DNA of 64,000 nt from Isurus oxyrinchus (taxonomy: Eukaryota). The notes under the pieces were generated by a model. That model saw only the letters and a program-made list of their open reading frames with translations, was not told the origin of the DNA and did not search any database. This document shows, in pieces, positions 1-13,494 of the stretch. Every line of letters starts with the position of its first letter. The stretch's first letter is position 1. Where the stretch lies: NCBI GenBank assembly GCA_026770705.1, contig JANJGN010000021.1, forward strand, positions 88,970,001 to 89,034,000. The letters are read 5' to 3'. The position numbers and the translations under genes were made by a program.

Positions 1-545
1 GCTCTTGATGCAACCGGTTGGACATCTCTTCAGGTGAAATGGAATAACACTGGGGGCTAGGAGAACTATGGCCATGTCCCGTCTATGACATCTGTGACCT
101 CCTTGATGCATCTGTATGTTGTGGACTGCGAGATGTCTGCAGAGGTCCTCTGTGGATCTCTGGAATAACCCGCAGGTAAAAAATTGAGCGCAGTGGCCGC
201 CTTTAAAGCCGTGGGTAGGGATAGCCTCCAACTCCAGGGCTTCAGGCCCTCACGAAGAATGTGGTAGATGTGAACTACCAGAGTTCAGGACAAGTGCAGA
301 CGTGCCCTGCATTGTCTCTCACTCATTTGTAAATATAAGAGTCTCCTTCGGCAAACCCTAGGCCTGGTGAGTCTCCATTGTCTGGGGCTCTCCTCTTGAC
401 CCTCTTGTTCTTGCTCTGGCTCCCCTTGGCCCTGGCCCTCAGGCAGGGCCTCCTCCTGGAGCTGTGCTCAGCATTGCATCTCCACCCTTCATCTCCTCCA
501 TTGCAGTAGGACCCTCTAAAAGGCAGCATTGAGCCCTGGATCCAT
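1..545 (-). mobile_element. Harbinger/PIF transposase (HARBI1-like) 5' remnant, degenerate
   Basis: Minus-strand translation across stops/frameshifts gives LYLQMSERQCRARLHLS...LPTALKAATALNF...ISQSTTYRCIKEVTDV, the HARBI1-type N-terminal region; homologous to 27890-28410. Confidence 0.8.
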
Positions 546-659
546 TGTTGTCTTTAACCTTCTCTCCAAATGAAAGACTGAAGGCGCGAATGATTGACAG
601 AAGCTCACAATATGTTACCTATGGCAACTTATGCCAGAGGACATGCGCAGACTAGCGCA

Positions 660-965
660 AAAGATGGAGGAGCCATCCAAGCTCTGCCCACTGTCAGGGC
701 TCCAGCAGGCGAGCGCTGGGCTGCTTCCATGGAAAGGGTGATGACTGCCTTGGAGACCCAGGTCCAGGAGAAAATGCAGTGGCTGTCAAATATGCGCTTG
801 GACTTGCATCACACTCGCAGTGCAGCAGTGGCTAGGCAAGAGGGGAATGAGGGACCTTGACCTCCCTCCAGTTGCCCCATCTCTTCAAGGAGTCAGGGAG
901 GTCTGATCATACACCCATAGGGAGGAGGAGCGCCAGGAAGGCCAGGGATTCGTCCAGTGGTAGGA
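660..965 (+). mobile_element. Harbinger Myb/SANT-like ORF, C-terminal remnant
   Basis: SMERVMTALETQVQ matches SMMRMADAMERLVQ (about 9670) and SMGRATDAMETLVQ (about 32890) in the other Harbinger copies. Confidence 0.6.
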
Positions 966-3389
966 AAAGAAAGTTAATGAAGTTTTGAAGGCATGTAGGT
1001 GGTATGCATGTCCAGCCACTGCAGAGATTTTTAAATACATGTTCACTTGCACTGTTAGCAAGTTTGCTGCATTCTCATTTTGCTGCCAGCTGCCTCAATA
1101 GTCGCAGGTATTTAGGATTCCTCCATCGGATTCCGATTACGTCTAACAATCGGGACACTTGTCTCACATTGTCAGCATTGTAATCTCTGATTATTCTGAC
1201 ATAATGTTTAAGCATGGGCTGTTGTTCCTGATTGTGTGGCCTAGGCACACATCATGCAGTCCATCAGATTCCAGGCTCTGAGCTCTATGAGAATGATGCC
1301 TGTGCAGCAAAGTCATTGCATCTCCTGCTGCTGTTGTCCTAATGTGAGATGCAGGAAGGATGCAAAGAGCCCTCAAGGAGAGTTAAACAGGTGAAGTGAG
1401 TACTGTAGATGAAGAGTGAGGGTGTGAAGCGCAAGCGTAACTACGGTACAGAGAATGGAAAACCAGGGTCATTCCTGGATGTTGAGAGAATGGAGAACTG
1501 CAGATGGCCAAACAGACCTGGCTGCCCTTATTCAAAAGTATTTTCAAGCTAACCTGAGGGTGTAGTCAGCAAGTCAGGAAGCAACTGGCAAGTTGGCCTT
1601 GATTGCAAGAGAGATTTAGTGTAAGATTAAAGAGGCCTTGCTGCAATTGACTACAGCCATGGTGAGGCCTCACCTGGAATATTGTGCATTGTGGAAGGGT
1701 GAGGAGAGGAGTATGTGTTGTCAGGTGGAGTTGGGTGGGCTGTCAGGCCGCAAGCTCGCCAGTTCTGGCTAGGGGAGTGTCAGGGAGGGGAGTTTGGGTC
1801 GGGAGTTGGGTGGTTGGGGCTAGTCATGTTGGGTTGGAGGGAAAACGGGGATGTCATGGTGGTCAACGGGGGTATCAGGTGGTGGAGGTTATTCAGGTCA
1901 GGTCAGGGGAATACCGGGGTTGGGGGAGCCAGGGTGTCGAGAGGGGAGTTGGGGGATGAGGAACGGGCATCAGAGGGGTGAGAGGGGAATCGGGAGGATG
2001 GGGGTGCAGTTGTATAGTCACCCAAGAGTTGTGCTAGGATTTTGAGACTGTGGTGAAACTCATTGAGAGCCTGCACTTGGAGTGCATGCTCCAACTGTGC
2101 ACTGACATGCTTAACATACAGGTCACACCATCTATCATGCACCAGTTAATAGCACTGATGGTGCAGGGCTGTTTAGAGGGGATGCCAGTTGTGTCCAGCT
2201 GGTGATCCCCTCCAGCCATGTGGAGTACAAGCCAAGGGCTGAGGATATCACCAAGAGGATAGGGCGAGGGGAGGAGCAGGGGTTGTCAGGTAGAGTTGGG
2301 ATGGGTTGCCAGTTCACAAGCTATTCAGGCCTGGCCAGGGGAGTGTAGGGGAGGGGGGGATTGGGTAGGGAGTTGGGTAGGTCGGGTTGACCCCCCCCTC
2401 ATGGGCACCATCATCATCGTTGGCCTTCTCGACCTCTCTGACAGAGGGAGCATCTGAGCAGCAGAGTCTGGCCAGTCATGGATGCTACCCCAGTACCTCT
2501 ATGATGAGGGACACCTCCACGTGCATGAGGCTAGTGAACACGACGACCTTTGGCATGTAAAGAAGGGGAAGGAGATTATTATCCAGTGCAAGGGTTCCCT
2601 TAAGGGATGAGCAAGGAATGGAATGCGCTAGAAGTGCATTTCATGAGCTTTTGCCATTATCACATCTTTAATCTTCCACCACAAGCTGTGAAATAGAAAG
2701 TAATTTTTTTTTTAAGTTGCCAATGCTGCTGAGATAGCAGCTCCTGCACCAGAAACGTTCTCTGTTGATCTCTGCACTTGGCATTAAGCATGGTTTTTGG
2801 AGCGCATTAATTCAGGCTGTCCTTGGAGCTGAGCCCAATGCCCTCAGCCCTGTTTCTATGTGCTCCACCTTCCCTTCAAGACCCAGTAACTCCCTATGCA
2901 GAATGCCAAATCATTCCTACCACCACCTCCCACCCCCACACACCACAAATTAACTTTTGCTGACACCTCAGCATGGCCAACACAGGCAGACTGGGTTATG
3001 AAATGTCTCTAACGTTGGTTCAGGATTGTGCTGAAGTGTGAGGCAACACGTGCTTTAACACTCTCTGCGGAAGCACGTAGTGAGAATGCACGAACCTGCT
3101 CCTTGCTCATCGGCAGTTTGCTAGGTAGGCTGTGCTGTGCATGCACCAATTCTCCATGTACCCACTGATGCCCACTGCACTGTCATCCATACAAGCATGA
3201 TCCCCCACACAGGTGCTGCAGAAACAGAGTACTCCATCTACATAAATGCCCGGTACAAGCATTGTATCCAATGCAAGAACTGTGCTTCATGCAAACGTTA
3301 TTTCCCATGTATGTGCAACGCTTTATTGATCCCAGCTTACATTGCACCTGACGAGTTTTGCACCCCAAACACATTATGAATGTGACATT

Positions 3390-3930
3390 TAACATAAAAC
3401 AAAAGCAAAATGCTATGACTGCTGTAGCAGAAATAAAGAGGTCAGACAACATCTATAGAGAGAGAGGAAAATGAAGTTAAAGGTTCAGCGTCGATAACCT
3501 TTTATCAGAACTGGAAGAAATTAATGACATTACAGTTATTGAACTGAAACAAAAACAAGGAAATGAGTCAGGGGAGGAAAGAGAGCAAAACAGAAAATCT
3601 GAGATAGGGTAATAGGCAGTAGAGGTTAAGTGACAAAAGTGATAATGATGCAGGGCAAAAAGGAATGGTGATGAGAGAAGTAAAGAAATAAAAGATGGGA
3701 CTAGAGGAGATGTGATTGGCAGCAACAGAATGAGTGGCGGCCAGCACCTTGTATCTGGAAAAAATGGAAGCGGTGATTATGTTCTGAAATTGTTGAACTC
3801 AATGTGGAGTTTTGAAGGTTGTAAAGTGTCTAATTGAAAATGAGGTGCTGTTCTCTGAGCTTATGTTGAGCTTCATTGGAGCAGCATAGGAGGGCAAGGA
3901 CAGAGAAGTCAGACATGGAGTGGGACAGAC
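3390..3930 (-). mobile_element. Old Penelope-like element 3' end (GIY-YIG C-terminus, 3' UTR, terminus)
   Basis: 3780-3920 is a degenerate reverse complement of the ...LEEQHLIFRLGTLQPSGLNIEFNNFR coding end seen at 63560-63639. Confidence 0.7.
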
Positions 3931-5130
3931 ACATTTGGAGACAATAATCCAGAACAAAATTAACTATCATTTGGAGGGGGAAAGAAATGGTTAATACGTG
4001 GTAGCCAACGTGGATTTGTTAAACACACATTGTGTTTGACTGATTGAGTTCTTTGATGAAGTAGCAGAGAGGATTGATGAAGGTAGTGTGGTTCATGTTG
4101 TATATATGAACGCACAAGTCCATTACGTAACCAGCATTGGTATGAAACTGACTAAGGGACAGAGAGCAGAGAATAGTGGTGAATGACTGTTGTGCAGATG
4201 GAAGGGATGTCTACAGTAATGTCCTCCAGAGCTCAATATTAGGAGCACTGCACTTTTTGATATATATCACTGTCCTGGACTTGGGTGCACAGGACATATT
4301 TCCAATATATGCAGATGGCACGAAACTCAAAAGTAGCAGACCCATGAGGAAGATAGTAACAGACTTCAGGAAGACAGAGACAGCATGGTGAAATGGGAAG
4401 ATACATGGCAGGTTAAATGTAATGCACAGAATTGTGAAGGGATTCATCTCGATCGCAAGAAAGAGCAGATGCAAATCTTAAAATTTCGAAGGGTTGCAGG
4501 AGCAGACAAACATGTGAAAAGTACATATATCTCAGAAGGTGGCAAGACAAGTTAAGAAGGCTGTTAAAATCAAAATCAGGTTTTTGACTTTAAAAACAGA
4601 AGCTAATGAGTCCACAAGCAAGGAAGCTATGCCCAAACTTTTTCAAACGCTGATTCAGCCCCAGCAGGACTATTATGCTGAATGTGGGCACAGCCCTTTA
4701 GGGTGGATGCCAAGGCCTGGGAGAGGGTGCAGCAAACATTTATGAGAATGGCACCAGAAATAAGGGACTTCAGATATGCGAAGAGAAGGTTAAGAGGAGA
4801 TTTGACACAGGTGTTTGAAATTGATAATGGGATTTGATACAGTAAACAAGGAGAAACTGTTTCTAGTGGCAGAAGGATCAATGACGGGAGGATATAGATT
4901 TGAGGTTTATCAAATTCAGTACTAAATTGTTGTGATCTGGAATGCACTGCCTGAAAGCGTGATGGAAGCAGATTCTATAATAACTTACAAAGGAGAATTG
5001 GATAAATGTTTGAATTGGAAAGATTTGCATTGCCATGATGACAGGCGAGGGGCATGAGATTAATTGGGCGGCATTTTCAAAGAGCTGATGTAAGCTGTAC
5101 GACCTCCTCCTGTGCTGTATTATTCTGCGA
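3930..5130 (+). mobile_element. Degenerate CR1 LINE (RT to 3' end)
   Basis: Remnants of QHGF/LIEFFDEV, PQGS-like and FADD-like motifs plus CR1 3' tail (cctcctcctgtgctgtattattct). Confidence 0.75.
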
Positions 5131-5409
5131 TCCTATTATTTCTGTTAGTGGGGCATTACTGTGCTCAAATCTCTTTCCATTACAGCATTGAATACTCTAT
5201 TGATTGAAAATGCTTTGGGACATCCTGAGGTCATATAAGGTGCTGTACATGTTATAGAAGCATAGAATAGTATATTGCAGAAGGAGGTAATTTGCCCTAT
5301 TAACTCTGCACAATGCTTACAAAGAACAATTGAGTTAGTCTCCAGGTCCAGGTCCAGGTCTGGATGATTTATGTCCCAGACTGCTGAGGGAGGCAAGGGA
5401 GGAGATCGC

Positions 5410-5978
5410 AAGGGCTCTGACCCAAATTTTTAATTCCTCTCTGGCCATGAGGGAGGTGCCAGAGGACTGGAGAACATGTGGTTCCGCTATTTAAGAAGGA
5501 TTGTAGAGCTAAGCCAGGGAACTACAGGCCAGTGAGTTTCATGTCAGTGCTAGGGAAACTATTGGAGAAAATTCTGAAGGAGAGAATCCATCTCCACTTG
5601 GAGAGGCAAGGTTTGATCAGGGATAGTTAGCATGGCTTTGTCAGAGGGAGGTCATGCCGAACAAATTTGATTGAATTTTTTGAGGTGACCAGATGTGTAG
5701 ATGAGGGTAGTGCAGTTGATGTAGTTTATATGGATTTCAGCAAAGCCTTCGACAAGATCCTACATGGAAGACTTATAAAGAAGGCAAATGCACATGGGTA
5801 ATTTGATAAGGTGGATTCAAAATTGGTTTAGTTGTAGGAGACAGAGAGTGATGACAGAAGGCTGCTTTAGTGACTGGAAGCCAGTGTCCAGTGGCGTACC
5901 ACAGGGATCTGTGCTTGGTCCCCTATTATTTGTCATTTATATAAATGACATAGATGACTATATGGGGGGTAGGATTAG
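5410..5978 (+). mobile_element. CR1 LINE RT fragment
   Basis: [41 protein letters not shown] motifs; joined at about 5979 to an L2-type 3' tail (to about 6105). Confidence 0.85.
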
Positions 5979-6825
5979 TACCTACACCACATGGACTGCA
6001 GCGGTTCAAGATGGCAGCTCACCACTTCCTTCTCAGGGGCTTCTAGGGATGGGCAATAAATGCTGTCCCAGTCAGCAAAGCCCACATCCTGTGGATAAAT
6101 AAAAGAAAATATTTATCCAGTTCCATTTTGAGAGCTGCTATTAAATGTATTTCCACTGCCAGTGCATTGAAGATCTTAACTACACATCGCTTAAAAAGAT
6201 CTTTCCTTACATCGTCTTTGATTCACCTTAAATCTGTGCTCCTTGCTTATCAACCCTTCAGCCACTGCGAACAGTTTCTCTTTATTAACTCTGTATAAAC
6301 CCTGTGTGATTTTTCAAAACCTCCCTCAGGTCTCCGTGTCTTCTCTGCTCTAAGGAGAACAGCAGGGTCTTTATTTCATGGCCCTTGCCTCCTGATTCAG
6401 ATCAGAAGCCACCACCCATTCACTTATTACGTAACTGCCTGCACAGTTGCAGCAATGCACTTTAACTGTGGTTTCAGTAAATTGAGAAACAAGGCTTTGG
6501 GTTCAACAGGAAGCTTCTACTGTCACTGAGCTGCACATATACATCACGTGAGAGTCACAAAGCCTCTGGCTACTGAGAACCCGAATGGAAGAGCTTTAGC
6601 ACCTGGGGTGGGTGACTGAGCAGGACAGATATGAGAAGCTCTCGCTGCGCCTCATCACAGCAGATATATCAGCCTCTGAGCTGTTATGCCCTATATGTTG
6701 TCTCAAAAGGTCATGTACAAAATGTTCCACTGCTGTAAACCACTGACTGCTGAAGCTGAAATCTTACTCACTTTAAGTACACTAAGAAAAATATCAATCG
6801 AGAAGAGATCACCTTCTTCATGTAT

Positions 6826-7195
6826 GGGGAGAGGGTGGTGCAGTGGGTAAATATGACTGGCCAAGTAATCCACAGGCCTAGGCGAATTCTCTGAGGACGT
6901 GGGTTTAAAGCCCATGGCAGCAGCTGGTGGAGTTTGAGTTCAATGAATAAATCAGAAATACGCAGTTATGTTCAGTCTTAGTGATCGTGAAGCCATTATC
7001 GATTTTTTTGCAAAAACTCGGTCTGGTCTGCAGCCCTTCACCTGCCCAGCCTCAATGTGACTCCAGACACACAGCCATGTGTGTGGCTCTTAACCGCCCT
7101 CTGAAATGGCTGAGCAAGCCACTCAGCTCAAGGGCAACTAGGGATGGGCAACACATGCTGACCTCGCCAGTGACACCCATATCCCGCGAAAGAGC
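6826..7195 (+). mobile_element. tRNA-derived SINE with L2/CR1-type 3' tail
   Basis: A-box-like ggtggtgcagtggg, B-box-like gggtttaaagccc, tail tcaagggcaactagggatgggcaa shared with the LINE at about 30600. Confidence 0.75.
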
Positions 7196-7709
7196 GAAGG
7201 GGGGAGAAAAGAAGTGTGACTTGACCCATTCCACGCTGTAGCTGCACTGCACCTTCACACTGGCTCCAAGTTGACTGGAGCAGGCGTTAACCTGACAAGT
7301 TCACATCCTGCCTGATTGCTCTGTGAGGTTGGCACCAAGAGCATATGAAACTGGAGGAGGCCATTCGGCCCTTCCTGCTTGTCCACGTTTTCCCCAATTC
7401 CCTTGACATCCTTGCCCATTAGAAATCTCAGCGTTGAATGCTCCAATTGTCTCCAGCATCGACAGGCTTTTGGGAGAGAGGGTATCAGATTCCCATTGCC
7501 CTTCTGTGTGGAATAGTTCTTCCTGAATTGCCTCCTGCACAGCCCAGCGCTAAATTTTAAGGTGATATTCTTGCTTCCCCCACCAGAGGAAATACTTTCT
7601 CCGTATGTATCCTATCGATAGAAGTTTTCCCAAAATGTACTGTCATTGGTATAACTTCAGTCCATTATCAAACCACATTCTAAACATTGAATCCTCTGAG
7701 GATTTTTTT

Positions 7710-8072
7710 TCTTTGTAGGCGCTACTGACAAGGCCAGTATTTGTTACCCATCCCTAATTGCCCTTCAGCCGAGTGGCTTGCTCGGCCATTTAAGAGTCAA
7801 CCACATTTCTCTGGGTCTGGAGTTACTTGTAGGCCAGAACAGACAGGGATGGCAGATCCCCTTCCCTAAAGGACATCAGTGAACCAGTTAGTTTTTAGGA
7901 CAATCAGCCATGGTTTCGTGATCACCATTTACTGTGACTAGCTTTTCACTCCAGGTTTCTTATTTGAATTTAAATTCCACCGGCTGACATGGTGGGATTT
8001 GAAGCCAGAGTGAGGGGGGCACCTAGGCCTTTGGATGACTTGTCCAGTGACACTACCATCGTGCCACTGACT
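7710..8072 (-). mobile_element. tRNA-derived SINE, same family, reverse orientation
   Basis: Reverse complement of the 6826-7195 family (catccctaattgccctt...ggtgggatttgaa...tccagtgacactaccatcgtgcc). Confidence 0.75.
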
Positions 8073-8229
8073 CCCCCAAGTATATTAAAATTTAGCTTGA
8101 AATATTCTAAGAGGGTAAACATTCTCCCTCCCCGTCTCTTTGTATTAAAATTTGGCCTGGGAAAAAGAGATTTGGGCCAGAGGAGTCTGACATCTTATTT
8201 TGAATATGCCCCTCTCCTCTGAAAATGGT

Positions 8230-8712
8230 CCTGCCCTCCATACACAGCTCCTGTCCTCTAAGTACAGCACCCTGCCTTCCAGATACAGCCCCTGCCTTCC
8301 AAGTACAGCTCCCTGTGCTCCAAACACAGACTCCTGCCTCTAAACACAGCCCCCTCTCCTACAAACACAGTCCCTGCCCTCAAAATACCAGCTCCCTCTC
8401 CTCCAAACATAGCCCCTTTCCTCCAAATACAGCCCCCTATCCTCCAAACATGATCCCTGTCCCCTAAATATAGACACTTGTCCTATAAACACAGGCTTCT
8501 GTCCTCCAATCACAGTCAATGCCCTCTAAATACAGGCCCCTATCATCTAAACACAGCCCCTGTCCTCCGAATACAAACCCTGCCCTTCAAACACAGCCCC
8601 CATCTTCCAAATACTGCCACCAACCCTTGAAATACAGCCCCTATTCTTCAAACACAGCTCCCTGTCCTCAAAATACAGCCCCCACTCTTCAAACACAGCT
8701 CCCTGTTCTCTA
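8230..8712. repeat. Degenerate 21-22 bp minisatellite (consensus about CTCCAAACACAGCCCCTGTC)
   Basis: About 20 imperfect units visible directly. Confidence 0.85.
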
Positions 8713-8719
8713 ATCATAT

Positions 8720-10317
8720 GCTCACAAGCCCATCAGACAGCCACAAGGATCTCACATCTCAAGGGACAACACCACTAACACTCACATCTCCATCAGGCCC
8801 ATACCCTCTGGAACTCATGCCCTTATCCTGGCCATGGCTCCGCTTACCACACAAACATTCCACGTGGTGCCATGCGTCCTGCTCAAACTCTCTCCATCTA
8901 TTTTCAGTCAGGAGAAGCTGGCTCACGACAGCAGGGAGACGTCCCAGACCGGGGGTGGAGTGGCCCACATTAGGCCCCTCACTCACTTTGAGGAGTGTCC
9001 CATCGCACTGACTGTTGAGGATGTGGACCTTGCCTGTGGTGACAGTGAGGTCGGCGGTGAACACCCTCGTGAGGATCCTGCACCCATCATCCGTCTCTCA
9101 AGGCAACTGTGAGGGCTCTCGCTTCTGCTTTTGACTCTGCTGCCGTGCACTCATTATCTTTACTTTGGTTTACAGGGAGCTCTGCCCAGTGACCAACGCC
9201 CTTAGCCTGCCAGTCCCTCAGCTCCATTCAGATCCTCACCTCCAGCCAAGAGGACACCTCCTCCATTGAAGAGCTGGTAATAAGCAGCCTGGAAGACCCG
9301 TCACAGCGTTTACCCACACTGTCCACCAGTGCAGAGACACACCACTCGATGGGACCTAGATCTAGAGCAGGCTTGGGTTCAGCATCTGGTGGTTACCGTG
9401 TGGACATGTGTCCGCAGCAGGAGGAGGCAGGTTCATCCGAGCTCCCCGGCACTCGGAGGGCTGCTGGGGAAGAGGCATCTGTGAGGTCCCAGTCAGATGA
9501 TGAGTCTCTGAATTTGGCCTCCCAGCTCATCATGGAGAGTCAGCAGAAGGCGGGTAAACATCACGCAGAGCTGTTGGAAGCCCTCTACAGAGTTGCATGT
9601 GAGTCGGAGGAGTGCGTCCACCTGTTCTCCGATGAAGTGGTGCCCACATTTGTACTGATGGAAGTCTCCATGATGAGGATGGCGGATGCCATGGAGAGGC
9701 TGGTGCAGCAGGGTGTGGAGATACACGCAGACCTGCACTCCATCGTGGTAGCCATGGGCGAGTTTCCTGCAGTGGCAACGCGAGAAGGAAACTGGCCACC
9801 TTGATGCTCCTTCCCCTCTAGCACTTAGGCTGGGCCCCTTGGGCACCTGAAGGGAGGAGGAGTGGCAGCTGGACACCCCAGGCTCATCCACTCAGGAATC
9901 TCAGAGGCTGTCCTCTCCCCCCGAGTCCTCTTTGCCTGTGACCCTCTCAGCCTCATCCTCAGTAACCACAGAGGGAGCAACTGTGCCACAGGAGGACAGT
10001 CAAAGCAAGCCGGGGGCCCTCAAGACTTCGGCTGTCCAGAGGATGCACGCCAAAGTCATCAGAGGAAACAGGACCAACCATTGCACAGCCTGTCTCCACC
10101 CTTGCTGCGGACGTCAGGGCAGCGCCTAGAAATTTTAGGCCTAGAAAAGTTAGATTCTGATCTGAAAATATATTCACATTCATTGAATGATGTGTAATGT
10201 TGTCTTTTGGCTTCATTGACAGGCTCCACCAGTCCTCCCACTGCATCCCCCCTGTCACCCCACTAGCAGTTCAGCTGCAAACAGCTGGACCATGAGTGCT
10301 TCTGGAGGGAGAAGTAA

Positions 10318-10348
<31 letters not shown>

Positions 10349-12136
10349 GCAGAGTCTTTCAGAGCCTCTTGCAAGCACTTGTGTCCTATGCAGGCAGATC
10401 CTTCCTCCATCACTCTCATCTCAATGTCCCGATGATTTTCATTGCTGCCTGCTGGGGTTCTCTTTCAGTTGCCTATCTGAGCTGACCTGCATGTCCGCCC
10501 ACCCACTGATCACACTCCCATGCAGATCCTGTCACCACCCAACACAAGGCTCCACTCACTTTCGATTTGAAAATCATGGTCGTAGTCAAGATTCTCATAA
10601 ACCTCTCCATCCTTTCCCCTCCCCCAGTCACCCATGTTCTTTCCTTCATTGCTGTCAAACTCCTGGCATCACCTTCCACCTCCCCACCATCACATAACCC
10701 TTTGCTTCCCAGGATGTCCAGGTGAATGTGCACATTCCCTATCTTCCTGAGAATCCTACCCCCATCCACATTGACCTCCCCGACCTCCTCCTTCCCACCT
10801 CCAGGGTCCACGTCTGCCTCCGAGTCCCAACCAACCACCGTCACCACCTCTTCTACCACTACCATCACTCCCTCACCCTCCCTGCCCACTCTGCTTTCTC
10901 ACATACTCCCCATTCCCTCCTACCATGCCCACCTCAATTCACTACCCAGGAAGAAGTCATTGACTCCACAAACCCTCTGCATGTTAACCTGGACATTCCC
11001 CCCACTTACTCCCTCCTCCACCCTTACTCCCTCCTCCACCCTTACTCCCTCCTCCATCCTTACTCCTTCCTTCCCGAGAAACTTTCCTCCCGCTGGACTC
11101 CTTCCCCCTCCCCACACTCATCCCTCCCCCAGGACTCGTTCCTCCCCTTCACTCCTTCCCCCCTCCGAACTCCTTCCCTTACAGCTCCCTCCCCACTTAC
11201 ACTTGCCTCCCCACTTGCCTCATTTTCCTGCCCATTAAACCATTCTCCCCATCCTCCCTCCTCCCTCCTCCTCTCTCAACCTCAGCCCACCCGACAACTT
11301 CATCCCCACCCAACCTCACCCCCCGACATCTTCATTCCCTGCTCCCAACTTCATACCGCCGACACCATCATCCCTAACCTCCCAAATTCACCCTCCTGTT
11401 ACCTTCGATCCCCACCCCCACCCCCCACCTCACCCCAGCCTGGTACACCTTTCTCTCCCAGTCAAACCTAGACCTTCCCCTGCCACCCCAGCCTGGTACA
11501 CCTTCCTCTCCCATTCACAGCTGGACCGTCCTTTCCCCCACGTTGCCGATCATCCATCGCAGCCCACGTCCAAGACCGTGATATTCCAAAGCAGGCCCCA
11601 AATATCACCAGAGACCTCCCATCTTCCGTGAGCTGCTTCGCAGCAGGGCCATGTCCATGAGAAACCACTCAGCATGCGATGCACGTGTTCCTCCAGGGCC
11701 CGGTACTTGTCGGGCTCCAGCATCTTCAGCTCCTCGGATATCCGCGATCTGAGCAAGGCCCTCGTGGTAAGTCCCGACAGCTGTATGTCACTCTTGCCCA
11801 GACATGTTCTGGGTCGGTGTGTTTTCCTGCCGGTGTAATGGTAAATATGGCATTGGGGGTTGGGGGAGTGTGGGGAGGGGGCGGGGAGTGTGGGTGATTC
11901 CGGTCGGGCCATTAGTCGGGTGCAAAGAAGGTTCACGCCAGCCTCCAGCGGGGTTGGCGTTCCGCCATGGCGGACACCATCAGATGACCCTGCTGCGCTT
12001 TCGTGCCAGTGTGATACCAATTTTTGGTCCTCTCGCCATATTGTCCTCCCTCCCCACCCCCCGCCCCCCCCCCCCCCCCCCCCCGCCCCCCACACCCACC
12101 AGGATGCCTGACGCCAATGGGACTGGGAAATTCCTC
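8720..12136 (+). mobile_element. Harbinger-like element: spliced Myb/SANT-like ORF remnant (+), unknown convergent region (-), right terminus
   Basis: Exon EKLAHDSRETSQTGGGVAHIRPLTHFEE (about 8910-9068), long last exon about 9177-10150, terminus gggaaattcc at about 12125-12134; homologous to 32340-35092. Confidence 0.75.
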
Positions 12137-12499
12137 TACCCTGAATCCCTTGCTGTCAGCAGTTAGTGAACTTTCTCATTGAGGGATGTTCTTCTGTACC
12201 GAATTTGTCACCCAGCTCGATTCCTGGAAACGGCCTCCTCCACAAAATGTAACCAGGGTATAGTACAGTAACTTTGAATGCCCAGGCACAAGGGCAAACA
12301 AAATTATTTTTTGAGTTGTTAGAGCTGCACCACAGTGTAGAACTGTACACAATAGTAGCTCTTTGATGCTTCATTGTTCAGCCTGGGCCCCCCTTTCCTC
12401 CCTGGGATCTATTTCCTGGATCTGATCACTATTGCTTGCAGTAAGATTGAGAGGGAACAGAAATTCTGCACGGACTGTGGCACATTATGAACGAACCCC

Positions 12500-13494
12500 G
12501 CGGGCAATGGTTCTGATGGAATTGTAGCTTCTTGCATATAGTAAAAGAGGGGATTGATGAGGATAGTATATGGTTCTGTGGATTTTCAAAAGTTATTTGA
12601 TGAAGCACCACATAATAGACTCGTTAGCAGTAATAAAGACCACAGGATTAAAGGACAGTGACAGAGTGCATATGTGATTGACTGAGGGGCAGAAAGTAAA
12701 AAGCAGTGGTGAATGATTGATTGTTGTTCAGACTGGAGGGCAGTACACGGTGGTGGTCTCCAGGGGTCCGCAGTTGAGCCACTACTATGTATTCGTGGCC
12801 AGGACTTGGGTGTCCAGGATAGAATTTCCAATTTGCAGATGGTACAAAACTCAGAAATGGAGTAAGCATTGAGGAAGACAGAAAAAGACTCCATAAGCTA
12901 GTGATATGAACAGATACATGGCACATTAAGTTAAATGCAGAGAATTGTCACCTAATTCGTTTTTTTCAGGAAGGAGGAGGAGAGGCAATATAAGCTATAT
13001 AGTACAATTGATGCAGGAGCAGAGGTCTGAGAGCATATGTACATGAATCTTGGAAGTTGGCAAATGAAGTTGATATAGCTATTAAAATAGTTTAAGGGAT
13101 TCTTGGCTGTATAAATAGAGGTATTGAGTACAAAAGCAAGGAAATTACACTAAAAAATTATAAACCCAGAATACCGGAAGACTGTAGCTGGAATATTGTA
13201 GCCAATTCTGGAAACCAAACCCTTAGGTTGGTCAGCACAACCTTACAGAGAATACCGACAAGTCTACAAGAATGGCAGCAGGTATGAAAGACATCAGGTA
13301 GAGACTGAAGAATCTGGGGCCATTGCCTTGGGCAGTGAATCTTAAGGGCACATTTGATGAGAATGTAAATAAAGAGGAATTGATTTGAGTGACCAAATGA
13401 TCAGTGACCAGAGGTCATAAATTTAAACTAGTTGGCAAACTGGCAAGAAGCAAATTCAATAATAACTTTCAAAAGTATATTGGATGAATACTTG
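12500..13494 (+). mobile_element. Old degenerate CR1 LINE
   Basis: VDFQK, PQGS-like and FAD motifs; its 3' tail resumes at about 15010-15105 after a younger CR1. Confidence 0.65.

Noticed and set aside
3000-3300. Possible minus-strand exons here and at about 1200-1350 and about 12150-12450
   Set aside because: No convincing acceptor/donor pair with a recognisable open frame
10722-11471. Pro/Ser/His-rich ORFs here and at 23320-23715, 31311-32000 and 34021-34716
   Set aside because: Products of C-rich low-complexity or minisatellite sequence
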